NCBI GenBank assembly: GCA_030324005.1
Contig: JARDVH010000106.1
Span: 54,426,341 to 54,490,340, forward strand
Direction: 5' to 3'
DNA: 64,000 nucleotides
Source: Negaprion brevirostris
Lineage: Eukaryota
The first letter of the stretch is position 1. Each line of letters starts with the position of its first letter. The translations under genes and the position numbers were made by a program. Below are positions 13,430 through 26,366 of the stretch, piece after piece. The notes beneath the pieces were generated by a model that was not told where the DNA came from, ran no database searches, and saw nothing but the letters and a program-made list of their open reading frames with translations.

Positions 13430-15430
13430 CAAACTTCAGGCTTTATTTTCCATTATTGCATTCAGTGCCAGAAATCTTTCAGAGTCATTCAAGTTTGCTA
13501 GAAGGACTGGATTGATTTATATGTTACATGGATGATATCCTGACCCGTAGGTACACTGAGACTGAACATGGTACCAGAGTATGAAATGTGCGCCAACAAC
13601 TACAGGAAGTAGGGCTTACATTCAACAACAAATGCAAATTCTCACAGCTGACTGTCAAGTTCTGTGGGCATATTGTGGATGCATCTGGTGTCAGAATTGA
13701 TCCACAGAATGCAAAATATCACAAAGTTTCCAGTTCCTTGCCATATTACTGAGCTCGAGGGACTCATGAGTATGGTAAACCAAGTTGGAAAGTTCTTGCC
13801 CAAACTAGTTGTCAACAAAGTGCTGCTATATCAAGTGTTATGACAAGCCAATACATGGAGCTAGGAGAAAGCATTACAGAGATTTTTTGAGAAAATCCAA
13901 GTGCTGCTGATATCACCCGATATTATAGCTAAATATGACCCATTGTCATTGCTGCAGATGCATTTCCCACAGGATTAGTTGCTATACTCTTTCAGATATG
14001 GATGGATCGAAAGCATAGACCACTTTATTACACATCCCATTCACTGACAGAGACTAACAAGGAAATGCAACAATGGAAAATAAAGCATGAAGTTTGCAGA
14101 TTATGTTCTTGGTCTCCCCTTCAAGATAGAGACAGACCACAAACTCGTTGTTACACTCTTACAATCTAAGGAGTTAGCAAAAATGTCTTCATAAATACAG
14201 ATTGAGAGCAGGGATGATGCAAAGGTAGAGGATGTTCCAGGAAAACAGCGCAGCAGATGCTTTGTCCGATATCCCAGTGGCAAGGCCCAAAGTAGGTGAT
14301 TTAGGTTGAAGAAATAGAAACCTTTAGGTCAACAACAATCGCAACTCTACCAGCAACGACATCAAGGGCCGAAGGGCCTGTACTGTGCTGTAATGTTCTA
14401 TGTTCTATAACTACTCAGTGACTATGTAAGCAAAAATGCAGAGAAAACTGAGGAAGAATGTGCTCAGATGAGACAGCATTGCCACAAAGAATGGCCAGCC
14501 TACATACCACATTATCCCATTCTTAGACAGCACTACGAGCAGAGGGGACACCGCAGTCTAGCTGATGAGAAATTGGCAATTACAGGAATCTGGAGACTCA
14601 ATGTACTGAAATGATTGCACCAAGGACATCTGAACATCACAGGATGTCAAACCAGAGCAAGATATTCTGTTTGGTAGCTAGATCTCTCAAAGTCTTTATA
14701 AGAGATGATATCAAACTGTATTCCTTGTGTTTTTCGTCATTAAAAAACAACAGAATTCTTGATATCATCCTCCTTTCAGGACAATTGAAGCATTTTGGGA
14801 TGAACTCTTTGAACTCAGACATAAGATGTTCTTGGTCATAATAAATTACAAGTCCAGATGGATGGAAGTCGAGCAACTACAGAGTCACGCTCCTAAAGCA
14901 AGGATTATGTCATTGAAGGAGATACTTGTACACATGGAATCCAAAAACTTGTAATTTCAGACAATTGACTGTGTTCACCAGTGAATACTTTAAAGAGTTC
15001 TTGACATTGTATTGACTTGCCCATACTACAAGCTTCCAAGATAACATCAAGCCAGTGGTGAAACTGAAATTGGAATGCATGCAGTGAACACATTGCTGAA
15101 GAAGAACGATGACATCCAACTTGCACTTCTGAGGGTTCAACTCCATTCCTAAATGGCTTAGTGACATATGAACTCCTCAAGGGAAGATGACTGAGGACTC
15201 AATTTCCTGTTCTCCCACGTGCACTTAGTGAGTACAAGCTGATGACTGGGAAAAGTGATGGAAAAAGAGATGAGTATCATTTTAGTCAGCGTGCAACCTA
15301 CCATATCTCCAACTAGGAGAGCCAGGTTGGATCCGAGATACAGACAAGTGGTTGAATCACCATCATATCTGCACTCCTACTTCATTTAAATCAAAAATGG
15401 TATGTTGAGACACAACAGTTGTACCCCAAA
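13430..15430 (+). mobile_element. Degenerate Gypsy LTR retrotransposon pol (RT-RNase H-integrase)
   Basis: ICYMDDIL at about 13520, IAADAF, IETDHK, HQGHL, HGIQKLVISDN; many stops and frameshifts; short CR1 tail inserted at about 14360-14408. Confidence 0.85.
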
Positions 15431-15641
15431 GAGGCAACCTAGCAGTCATCCAAAAAGATAAGAGGTGCTGCATGCAAATTTTCCTACTGCCCAGCAGAGT
15501 CTAAGAGAACTCAAATCCCCAATCTTCTTAAAGAAGGAGAGGAGCTAGTTGGGAGATCTGTAAAACTGCCACAACGGTTGTTTCCATAAAAAGAAATGAA
15601 AGCCTGAGACTGGTGTGGTGGGCGGGGGGAGGGTGAAGAGA

Positions 15642-15970
15642 TGTAGTATGAGAGTTAATTTTAACTCGGTGATATGCTGAAGAGACACAGGGCAAATTTT
15701 CCCATTCTGCTCACCACAGGAAAGGTGGCAGGCGAGGGGCGGACAGACCATAGAAAAGTCCATTCACCTCAGACGGGATTTTTCCGGTTTTGAGGCGAGC
15801 ATGGTGGGAAAATCCCACCCACAGTACGCATCATCTCATGACCTTGCTCTTGTTGAGCCGCACAGTAAGATGAAGTTGCAGTAAGCTGTTTCTTTAAAAA
15901 GATCATGTTTTTCTTACCTTAGCAGCCTGAATCTTCTGTGTCAGCACAATGAGACCAAGAATATAATAAC
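15642..15970 (+). repeat. Probable 3' LTR of the upstream Gypsy element
   Basis: Purine tract (ggggggagggtgaagaga) directly followed by TGTAGT; no 5' LTR recognised. Confidence 0.4.
15690..15820. mobile_element. MITE family A (131 bp), 3-bp TSD ACA
   Basis: TIRs gggcaaattttccc ... gggaaaatcccaccc; reverse-complement homologue of 42263-42392. Confidence 0.8.
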
Positions 15971-16586
15971 GGCTACTTCCATTTCCCTGGGCATCATTGA
16001 CAAAGCCAGCATTTAGTGTCCATTCCTATTTGTCCTTGAACCGAGTGGTTCATTGAAAGATGGAATCACATGCGTTAGTTGCCATACAGAAGCAACCTCC
16101 TACACTGTGCAAAATGGGGATGAAAAGGATTGCTCTCAGTTGTGGGATGATCAGCATACTTGAAAATCTGACTAACATTCACTGTCTATAGACATCTGCA
16201 TGATAAAACGTACACAAATTTTGCTATTGAGCAGTTGTGCAGAAGAAAACAGAAATATGGAATACTATTTGTCTCTTGGAAAAAAGATACTTATATAAAC
16301 TTCTCATACACAAATACAGCAGATGGCATTTTTCTTAGTTTAATGAGGATACTGTGAACACTCTCTCAGAGTGTATCAAATATTATAAATGAACAAGGAG
16401 CAGGCCATTCAGCCCCTTGAACCTGCTCCACTATTTAATAAGATCTTGACTGATCAGATAGTAACTTCAAATCTGCATCCAGCCTACTCCCAATAATCCC
16501 TTACTTATCAAGGAACTGTGCACCTCTGCCTTAAAATTATTCAAAGACTCTGATTCCACAACCTTTTCAAGAAGAGAGTTCAAAGA

Positions 16587-16919
16587 GTGGCGCAGTGGTT
16601 AGCACTGTTGCCTCCCAGTGCCAGGGACCCGAGTTCAATTCTGACCTTGTGTCACTGTCAGTGTGGAATTTGCATGTTCTCTCCATGTCTGTGTGGGTTT
16701 CCTCCAGGTGCTCTGGTTTCCTCCCATAGAGCTAAAATGTGCAGGTTAGGTTGATTGGCCATGCTAAATTATCCCTTAGTGTCCAAAAATGTGTGGGTTA
16801 GGGAGATTAGCCATGATAAATTAGCCATGCTAATCTCAGGGAGATTACGTGGGGTTACGGGGGTAGGGCTTGGGTGTGATTGTCGTCAGTGCAGGCATGA
16901 TCTGCACTAGGGATTCTAT
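16587..16919 (+). mobile_element. HE1/V-SINE
   Basis: gtggcgcagtggttagcac A box, gagttcaattc B box, V domain, gggattctat tail. Confidence 0.9.
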
Positions 16920-17046
16920 GGCCAGAACTTTACCAGCACGCCTGCCCTGATTCCGGAGGCAGGCTCGGCTCGGAGAAAGGCATTCTCTGTTGGCCTCGGG
17001 CGGGATCATACAAACCTCGGGCGGACGTGCTGGTAAAATTCTGCTC
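16920..17046. mobile_element. MITE family B (127 bp), 3-bp TSD TAT
   Basis: TIRs cagaactttaccagcacgcctgccc / gggcggacgtgctggtaaaattctg; reverse-complement homologue of 46081-46207. Confidence 0.85.
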
Positions 17047-18381
17047 TATGACTCATGACTGAGTGAAAAACGTTCACCTCATCTCCATTTTAAATGAGTG
17101 ACCCTTATTTTTAAACAGTGACTGCCACTTGTAAAGCACTCTGGAGGAATATATCCCATCGGAAAGCTGCTAGAGTACCAAATAGAATACCAATCCCAAT
17201 CTTATTAGCAATCATGTGTCTAGTGCATTAGAAAGGATGAACATCAAATGTATTTCTACTTTGGACGGTCAAAAGTGAACTGTTGGGCTTTCACGAGTCC
17301 CAGTGGGTTAAGGTTCAGCTATGGATCACACAGATTTTGCTGAACCAAATCTTCTTAAATGTCTAAAGCTCCATATACCTCACACATGCTCCTCTGTAGA
17401 ATCATAGTTAAAAGATGAGTTTGCAATTTATGGTTGTTCTTCATTAATAAGCTGCAGATTGCCAAGTTCATGGCACTAGTGATTGCAATTGTACAATTTA
17501 CTCTATCCCTAGAATCACAGAAATCTAATACCAGTTAATTGCTTGGAGTTCTCTAAAGAAATAACTCCTTTAAAGCAGTTAGGTAGTCTGGGGACGAGCA
17601 CCATGACAGGTAGGTATTGATCCATGGATCAGTTCTCTGTCAGTGAGTTTGGCAGGTGACAGAATTTGTAGAGCTCCCCCTTGTAATCCAGTGATGATCT
17701 ACCTTTCTTGGCAGAAGTTTGAAACTGGATAAAGAGATGCCTTTCCATTACATCCTCTCTGAAGTCAACATTGATGACAGTGCTGCTTATAGATGATTGA
17801 TATTACATGTTAGCAGAGATTTAGAGAGAAAGACACAATAGCAAAACACCTTCCATACGCTTTCAGATCATGTGCAGTAGCTCGAGATGTATAAACTTGA
17901 GATTAGGACAATCTTCCAGAGAACTGAATTGGAAAAATAAATTACACCAGCAGTAACATGTGAGGGTAAGTACTCATTCTTTGTAGTAGTTACTCTGGGT
18001 AATGGAATTTCAAAATATTAAATCCATGGAGATTATACATTTAAACTGCAAGTGCAACTCCATGGCATCTTGCTTCCTAGCGTCACAAATGTCCTTTAGC
18101 TGCCAAAATGGTGATTGCTGCGGGTGCCCAGTATTTACATCTAAGCACATCAAACACCATTGCACTGAAGGCAGAAAACATCCACTAGAAACATGCAAAG
18201 TAGGCAGAATGTGATGTCAACTAGAGCACAACATTGATTTCATGTCAGCATGGCCATCTTAGAGCCCAACGTTTCAACTTAATTATGCACGGCTGAACAT
18301 GTGTTCAGCAGCAGGAAGGAGCCCGTACCAGTGCTTTTAAAGGGATCATCAACCACTTAGAGGTTACTTACTGATTAATAT

Positions 18382-18750
18382 GAATCATAGAATCTGTACA
18401 GTGCAGAGGGAGGCCATTTGGCCCATTGAGACTGCACCGACTCTCTGACAGTATTTGTGACAGAGCATCTTACCAAGGCCCATCCCCACTCCTCATTCCC
18501 TTAAACCCACACATTTACCTCACTGATCCCCTAACCCACATACCTTGGATACTAAGGGGCAACTTAGTATGGCCAAACCAGCTAACTTGCATATCTTTGG
18601 ACTGTGGGAGGAAACAGAGCACCTGGAGGAAACCCACGCAGACATGGGGAGAATGTGCAAAGTCCAGACAGTCACCCAAAGTTGGAATTGAACTTGGGTC
18701 CCTCACATTGTGAGGCAACAGTGTTAACCTGTGTGCCGCCATGCCGCCCC
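18382..18750 (-). mobile_element. HE1/V-SINE
   Basis: Full head, V domain and tail on the minus strand. Confidence 0.9.
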
Positions 18751-18919
18751 TATTTTCTGAATCTTGATGCAATTGTAGAATGTATCCCCCTCAGCTTGCA
18801 GTATGATCAGGAGAATTAACAGAGGAGGCATTAGACAAGATACTGGATGGTGACAGTAGAGGAATAGTGCTCTCAGAAGGAGGGCAGATCAGGCTAGGGT
18901 TTTCAGGAAACAATTCTCA

Positions 18920-19150
18920 TACCTGAATCTCAGAGACGTTTAATGTGTCAGACATTTGCATTTCATCATGGATGTCCTCATTGAAATCTAAGATGTGCTG
19001 CAGTTTCAGAGCAGAGGAAGTATTGCATTGCCTGTGGCTATGAAAGTGAACATAACTATGAGCTTTAATGTGTCTTGCACCTTTCAGACTGGAGCAAGCA
19101 ATATTTGCAGCATCTCTTCGTTTGCCATAAGCAAGGTTACTGGTTGCAGG
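18920..19150 (+). pseudogene. Harbinger (HARBI1-like) transposase remnant
   Basis: ALPVAMKVNITMSFNVSCTFQTGASNICSISSFAI resembles the Harbinger transposase motif xLxFYxSGSFQxxxGDxxxISQ. Confidence 0.6.
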
Positions 19151-20049
19151 CCATTCGTGCTCAGTATCTCACCACATGCAGACCCCATCTCTAACAAATC
19201 CTCGAATGTTCTTGCATAGTATTCATATCAGCTGGTGGTTTTGATGTGAGAGAGAGTTCCTGCTTCTTCACTCTCCACCTGCTCCTCCATTTTCTTCCCT
19301 TCCACCAATGCCTGGCCAGCTTGTAGTTCTTAAGCATTTGAAAAGCGAAAGGCAGTGAGGGTAAGGTTGAAAATAAATGGTAGGTCCTTACACCATTGGC
19401 ATCTTGTAACTTGGAAGAGTGTAGGATATTAGGAATATGCACAGTGTCACCTTCAGTGGCTTCAGAACTACCTCCAGCCATGACTTCAAGCTGCTCCAAA
19501 GGTGGTGAGCATCTTCTCCTCTATGGGTATAAGAGCAGACAGCTTGCCCCTTCCAGTTAGATGATGCTGTCTTCATTTATGTACCACCTTGTTCTGCAAT
19601 AGAAAGGGAATTGGTACAATTAAATTACTTGATGTGGCTACCATAGTTCAATATGGGCAGTGTGTGCAAGCTGTGAGTTGCCTGGCTTGCAGCAATGCTA
19701 AATATGTGATGGTGAGGTGAAGCTATGATCTTTAGGTATGTGTCTTAATTGACAGAGATTGTTGGCGGGTGATTATGGGGGTGTGATACATTGAGTAAAG
19801 TGCAAGGATCCTATTGTAATTAGTAGGATATGGCATTTTATCCCACTCCTGTGAGGTCTTTTCATTTCTTGCAATACTGCCTCCAGGTCCCAAAAGAGAA
19901 AATGCTGGAAAATCTCAGCAGGTCTGGCAGCATCTGTAAGGAGTGAAAGGAGCTGACGTTTCGAGTCCAGACGACCTTTTGTAAAAGCCTGCATCCAGGT
20001 TCTTAGGCTTAAATCCTGGCATTAACAGCCATGATTATCTGTCCAACTG

Positions 20050-20831
20050 CCTTCACAACATTCATCACAATACATAAGGGCCTCCCAGTCCCTTGTGGTT
20101 AGGTGAACCTCTCCTCCTTTCCACTTCCTGCACCAAGGCCTCATGTGGAAAACTGGAAAATCTTGGACAGCATTTACCTCCTGGGGTCAGGACACTAACG
20201 TGAAGATCAAATTCAGGTGCAACCCTGCATGGGGTTGGCAATCATCAGCCAACTTAATAATGACCAATTGGTGGTCAGAGGACAGGATCACTATCGAACT
20301 GGCTCATGAAACTAGAGGACCAAAAGGAGTCCTTCCAACACTGAAAGAACTTTTGCCTGCCATGTAGGTAAGGGAAGAGGTACCTTCTCAGCACCTTTTG
20401 ACAGAAGTGAGTAAAAGAAATGGCAACTGCTACACTGGACTATCATTGTGAAGGGCAAACCCCTCCATGCTGCAGCCTGCAGTCACAATTGTGCCTAGAG
20501 AGGTATGGTCATTGTGGGGGCCCTCAAAATGATGCTGCAGCACTGGTCCATGGTTTGCTATCGGGAGTTTATCTCCACTCAGCTACCAGAGTCTGGACAT
20601 CGCTGGGTGCCCATTGGCTTACTGTAAAATTCCAGTCAGCCTCTGATTAATGGTCTTAATTGGTCTCTTAACTGAGTTAATGAGCTACCAGCCACTAATG
20701 GGCAGGCAGTTGTTCTGCACCAATCAACCTCCAGGATATGATTGGATGTCGCCACCCTGAGGTGGGAAGCATCAGAAAGTTCCATGCCTGCCTTTGCTTC
20801 TGCCCCCCACATCAGCTCTAAAATCCTGTCC
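20050..20831 (-). mobile_element. Harbinger-type element end with a Myb/SANT-like ORF remnant
   Basis: Minus strand encodes EALVQEVERRR (about 20110-20145); segment ends in the TIR-like aaaatcctgtcc. Confidence 0.5.
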
Positions 20832-21367
20832 TTGGAGAGCTCTCTCTGTCAGTGCTGGTTGCACGTTACTTCATTTAAATTAACAGGCAGCACAAAGCTT
20901 GCATGTCCTTTGTATGAAAAGCAATGAGCATGGATTAATCGTAATCTCTGACCATGTATTCGGGGGTTAGCATCTGTGGCCTTAGAATGCTACTGCATAT
21001 TCAATTGGTACTGATCCCTCACAATATCCTGTGCTTTCTGAATGTCATTCTCAAAAAGCACTTTGAATCTGAAAACAGTGCTACAAGTGACCTTTCTCTT
21101 AATGGTTGTACTGCAGTCTAGAGCAGCTTTTGCAGAATATAAATATCTGGGGGTGAAAACTGATGGGAATACTTCCTGACCTCAATTCTAATTTAGAAAA
21201 TGTTAAGCACTCCACCATGGCCACACAATAAATACAGCTGTAAACTTTTGCCATATATGATAATGAGTGATGTCGCGCTTACAGAAAACTAGAACATTTA
21301 TTGATCTGCCTTTTAAAGCACTATTGTATATTTGATGTATTTGCTGGAGCACTGTGTGTTCATCTGA

Positions 21368-21523
<156 letters not shown>

Positions 21524-23060
21524 TAGGTCACACATCATTCCTACACACATCCCACAGTGTGCTGGGGGCCTTTGTGCTTGGTAAGCTCCATCCTCAGCAA
21601 CTATGCTCCATACTGTAAAACCTGGCTGACATTGACAAGAATAATGGTGAATAGTGCTGAGATAGGTACATTTTATTGGTGCAAAGATACATTCAACTAT
21701 GAAAAATAACAATGGATTCCTGGCCGAGGAAAGGTAGGATTTAAAACTGAAAATGCAACATGTAGAAGATGTGTGACTTAGAGTACTAAAGGTTAAAGAG
21801 GATTCAAGTAATTGTAATACCTGGTGAGGGTCAAGTTTCATTTGGCGCAAAAAATTTTGAGTACATCACTGACTGATATGAAAATTATGTATTGATACAC
21901 GCCAAAACTTTCTGATGGGAGCATGCCACATTTGCGCCTCTGTTTACATGGCTTAGTCAAATAGGTCAAGTTTTAAGTGGGGGTAAAAGTTTCATATGGA
22001 CAGAACTTCAATTTTAAATGAAATGAAATGTTTTGTTATGAATGTATTTGAGTAAATAGCAACCAAATATGATCCATGAAAGAATATGAATGAAAAATGT
22101 GGACATTTCCTTATATATCTTGGCTGTAAGGAAATAACTTCATTTCAGTTCTTCCCAAAATTTGATATTTTAGTTAACATCTGTCTGAAAACTACCATAA
22201 ATATCATAGTTACAATATACCATAAACAGAGAGAATAGCAGTTACCCTGAAACATAAGATATGCAACTACTGTTGAAAAGTTATTTAACACATGCAGTCC
22301 CTGCAACTGTAGATATATTTCAAATTCTTCATAAATGACATGGGAATCTCTGACTCGAAAGTAGAGTTCCCATGATTTTTAGGAGGTTTTTGTGGCTCTT
22401 CCTCCACACTGTCTGTCATAATTTTGGAGAAATACCCGCAGAAGCTCGTCACTATTGAGTTTTAACACTTCAGCTCAGCTAGGACAGGTTACCTGAGAAA
22501 ATTGACCTCTGACAGGCAATCAAATAATTTTCAGCCCGTTTAGCTCCCATCATCCAATATATAAAAAATACCTAACAGCCCGTCAGCAATTAAAGAAGGA
22601 AAAAGATGGGTTAATATTTTAGATGTCAACCCTTCATCAGAACTCCTGTATATAAAATAGAATCTCGATATTATGAGTGAAAACGGATTCACAGGACTTC
22701 AAGCAAATAGACAATGTGTAAAACAGGAATAAGATCACTTTTGATATTGTAAAGTGGAACTACAAAAATAATAATAAACATTATGTTTTGGGCTTGTATT
22801 TTACTGAAAATCTCAACAGCTTATGTTAGTGCTGCAAATTGTCAGCAAGCTATTATCTCTCATTCCAGTATTCTTAATTGTTTTCTTGCCATCAGAATAC
22901 ATTTGCAATGACAGCTAAGAAGTAATTAAACTAAGTTTAGCCTGCACCCCCGCTGAACAATACTTCTGCAACCACAAACTAAGTCTCACTGGAATTAACA
23001 GCATGTTGTAGTTTCAGGCATTTCTGGTCTGTTAAGGCTGAATGAAAAGAACATTATCAT

Positions 23061-23234
23061 CAGGTTTTACAGTATAGCATCTGTGTGTTTGTGATGGTTG
23101 CATGTGTATGTGTGTTGATGAAAGCTAGTTTATTTTCCTAACCAGGGTGGCTGGTAAACTGAATGTATAGCAGCCATGCATGTCAAACACGTTGGAGTTT
23201 ACCATCATCCACAGCAAACTGTGGGATGTCGTGT
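23061..23234 (+). promoter_or_regulatory. Intronic helices extending the Q/R editing duplex (partners at 21543-21624)
   Basis: caggttttacagtat (23061-75) is the exact reverse complement of 21610-24; tggagtttacc (23193-203) pairs with 21580-90 (one G:U); 23212-34 pairs with 21543-64 (one mismatch, one bulge). The helices are in correct nested order. Confidence 0.85.
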
Positions 23235-23248
23235 CTGATAGTTGCCAC

Positions 23249-23282
23249 TACCTTGGATACATGACAGTCAGCCCCAACCAGG
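23249..23282 (+). promoter_or_regulatory. Editing-site complementary sequence (ECS) for the GRIK1 Q/R site
   Basis: taccttg pairs with caaggta (21515-21521), catga with tcatg (21507-21511), and cagccccaaccagg with tctggtttggagttg (21486-21500). About 1.73 kb downstream of the exon, similar to the roughly 1.9 kb spacing known in mammalian GRIK1/GRIK2. Confidence 0.85.
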
Positions 23283-24519
23283 CTCTGCTTGTCTTCTTAA
23301 AGAGAGTCTTAAACAATTGTCAATGTGAACTTGTGGTACCCGTGGATGTAAGTTCATCATGCTTAACTCCTACTAATTATTGCAAAAAAAAATTGAGTTT
23401 TCTGTATGGAAAGTCTGTGGTCTTTGCATGAGAGCAAATGTTGGATTTTTATTGTGATGATCAGAGTTTCTCTTTCCTACAGACCATGAGCAAAGTCTGG
23501 ATCAGGATTGGCTGTCATGTCTGCCATAAGGCACTAAAGAGACTTCAGCAAGTACTGTCACTGGGCAGATCTGACCCTCACTAAATTTTAAATTTGCTGA
23601 CTCACTCCAAGACAAATTGTCAAATGGAAATAATTTTTATATTATTTATCCTAAAAACAAATCTGGCTGGTGAAAATAAAAGGATTTCAAAATTGAATAG
23701 AAAAGGAAATGTTTTTATGAAAATCCAGGTACATGCTGCACCTTTAAAACCTGTAGTTATGATTCCTTTGAGCGCAGAGATTTTTTGAAACTAGTTCAGC
23801 TTGTAATTTTAAAGAAAATGGCAACTGTAAAAATCTGAAAATACCCTTTAGCATGGCTATTGTGAATTAACAAGTATTGTTCTTGACAAGTATTCAGTAT
23901 TCTTTAACACTGAACCAAATTTCCTGACACCATAAAAAATCTTTTGCCTTTGCATCTAAATGTCTGCACCATGCAAACTCTCTTTTATTATTGCTAATTT
24001 ATTAATCCAGATTTAAAGCTACAATAAAACTACATCAAAGCTATCCTTCATAGATCACTGTGTATCCAATCAATTTAAGCCACTATAAAAATAGAATCTT
24101 GAGATCATAAAAGGAGACTTTCCTTGGACTTCCTACTGCAGGGTTAAGTTGTGTGTACCTTCTAAGTATGGCTCAAATATTAAACCTACTTCTCTATTTA
24201 TCTCTNNNNTACAGTAGTCCAGTTAAACAGGTTCTTCTGTCTGCAGGGCTCTGCCTGGAATCATTATTCACCTCTCCAATATTTCTGTCTTAGGGTTAAC
24301 TTCAGTTGCCTGTGTCACCTTGGCTGTTAACATGTCTTTTTGTTTAAATGAGATAATTTGATGAGGATGTTGGTAGAGGAATGACCTCAGGGCTGAGGGT
24401 GTAAACAATACCTGTTGTAAAAATGTAAAAATGAAGGCACCTGACAATTACTGATGTAATCTGGTTATGAGTTTTCCTCAAAGGCTTTTCCCCAAAGTAA
24501 AGATATTCCTGATACACTA

Positions 24520-24800
24520 CAAGCCATACAAGTCAGAAAGCTCTGGTCTGTTCAGCTGTGCCAGCAGCAGGAGTGCTAGAATAGGTCTCAATTATTCCTG
24601 ATCAAGAGGATGAAAGAGTCGGCCAGAGTTCCCACATCTGTTCACAATCCAGTTAACACAGTTGGGATATACACATCGGGATTGAACTTGGTTGTGACGC
24701 CACTGTGCTTCAATACCATGAAGCATGACCATTGGGGGAGGTCCCAGGGCATCAACTGCCTGTGGAACTGGAACCTAGCAAGGGTCAGAACCTTCAGGAG
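24520..24800 (+). mobile_element. Old tRNA-derived SINE remnant
   Basis: Similar to the reverse complement of 9210-9460. Confidence 0.45.
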
Positions 24801-25949
24801 AGGAGAGAAAACCGGAGGGAGAAAAAGGGAGAATTGTCTGGTTCACATGGTAAGTACACGCAGACATCTTGAGTGTAGATGGTAACTGGCTAGACCATCA
24901 ACTTACAGACACTGATTACCGTTATCTCATCTATTAATTGTATTACATCTCAACCTCTGTTGACCTGGGAGGCAACCCAATCCTTAAGTCCTTACTTTGA
25001 AATAGGAGTGAACGCAACCCATTGGGTCGCAAATAGGATACAATGACATGCCAGTTTTCTTTGATTTAGTAAATGAAGTGTCTGATCTCTTCTTAATGTC
25101 TATTCCGAATTTGGGTACCCTCCTAAATATTTGAGTACATTCATTTGTTTTTCAAATTAGCTTAAGCTTTCAAAATTCAATTTGTTTCTGTCCTTTCTTG
25201 TTACATTTCAGAAACAAATTATTTTAAACAGAATAAAGGAATTAATAACAAAATGTTGTTTGAAATACATAGTTTATATGGCAGTTGCCCAATGAAAATG
25301 GTTCTGAAAAGGAATGAAGATTGTCCATCCTTTTTTATATTTAATTCAATTGTTCACATTTCCCATAAAATATTTTTTGTTTGTCCAGGTGCTTTGTCTA
25401 CGTCTTGGAATGATTGAACCCTAAAGGTTTATGGTTCAAAAGGAGAAGGAGATTATTTGCCTCACCATGTCTATGGCTCTTTTCAAGTGCAATACAAAAT
25501 TAAACAATACTTTGCTCTCCGTGTAGCTCTGTACCTTTCTCTGTTTCAACCACTCATCCAAATTTTTCTTCATGTGTCAAAGTATCTCATCTTCCAACTG
25601 TCCTCTACATAAATACATGTCTTGTACTGTTTCTCCTCACTTCCTTAGAGATAATTTTATACTAATGAGCGCATGTCAACCGCCAACCAGTGGAATATTC
25701 ACTCAAGAAGACTCATCCTAATGATAAATACTATCAAATCTCCTCTTGGAAGTAGTCCCAGTACGCTAGGCGTATTCTCTTAACTAAAATTGCGCAGCCC
25801 TAGCATCATCGTGGTGAACCGAGACTGGTCTGATGTCCTAAAGCCTTATGCTGCTATTGTGTCTTCCTCAATGTTAGTACTCAATACTCAATTGTCTTCA
25901 ATGATATAGTGTTCATTGCAAAAATCATACTTGTACACTGTGTAAATGA

Positions 25950-26366
<417 letters not shown>

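Larger units (their letters stand above)
16390..17130 (-). mobile_element. CR1-type LINE 3' fragment interrupted by a SINE and a MITE
   Basis: LINE tail sequence resumes at about 17050 after the two insertions. Confidence 0.7.
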
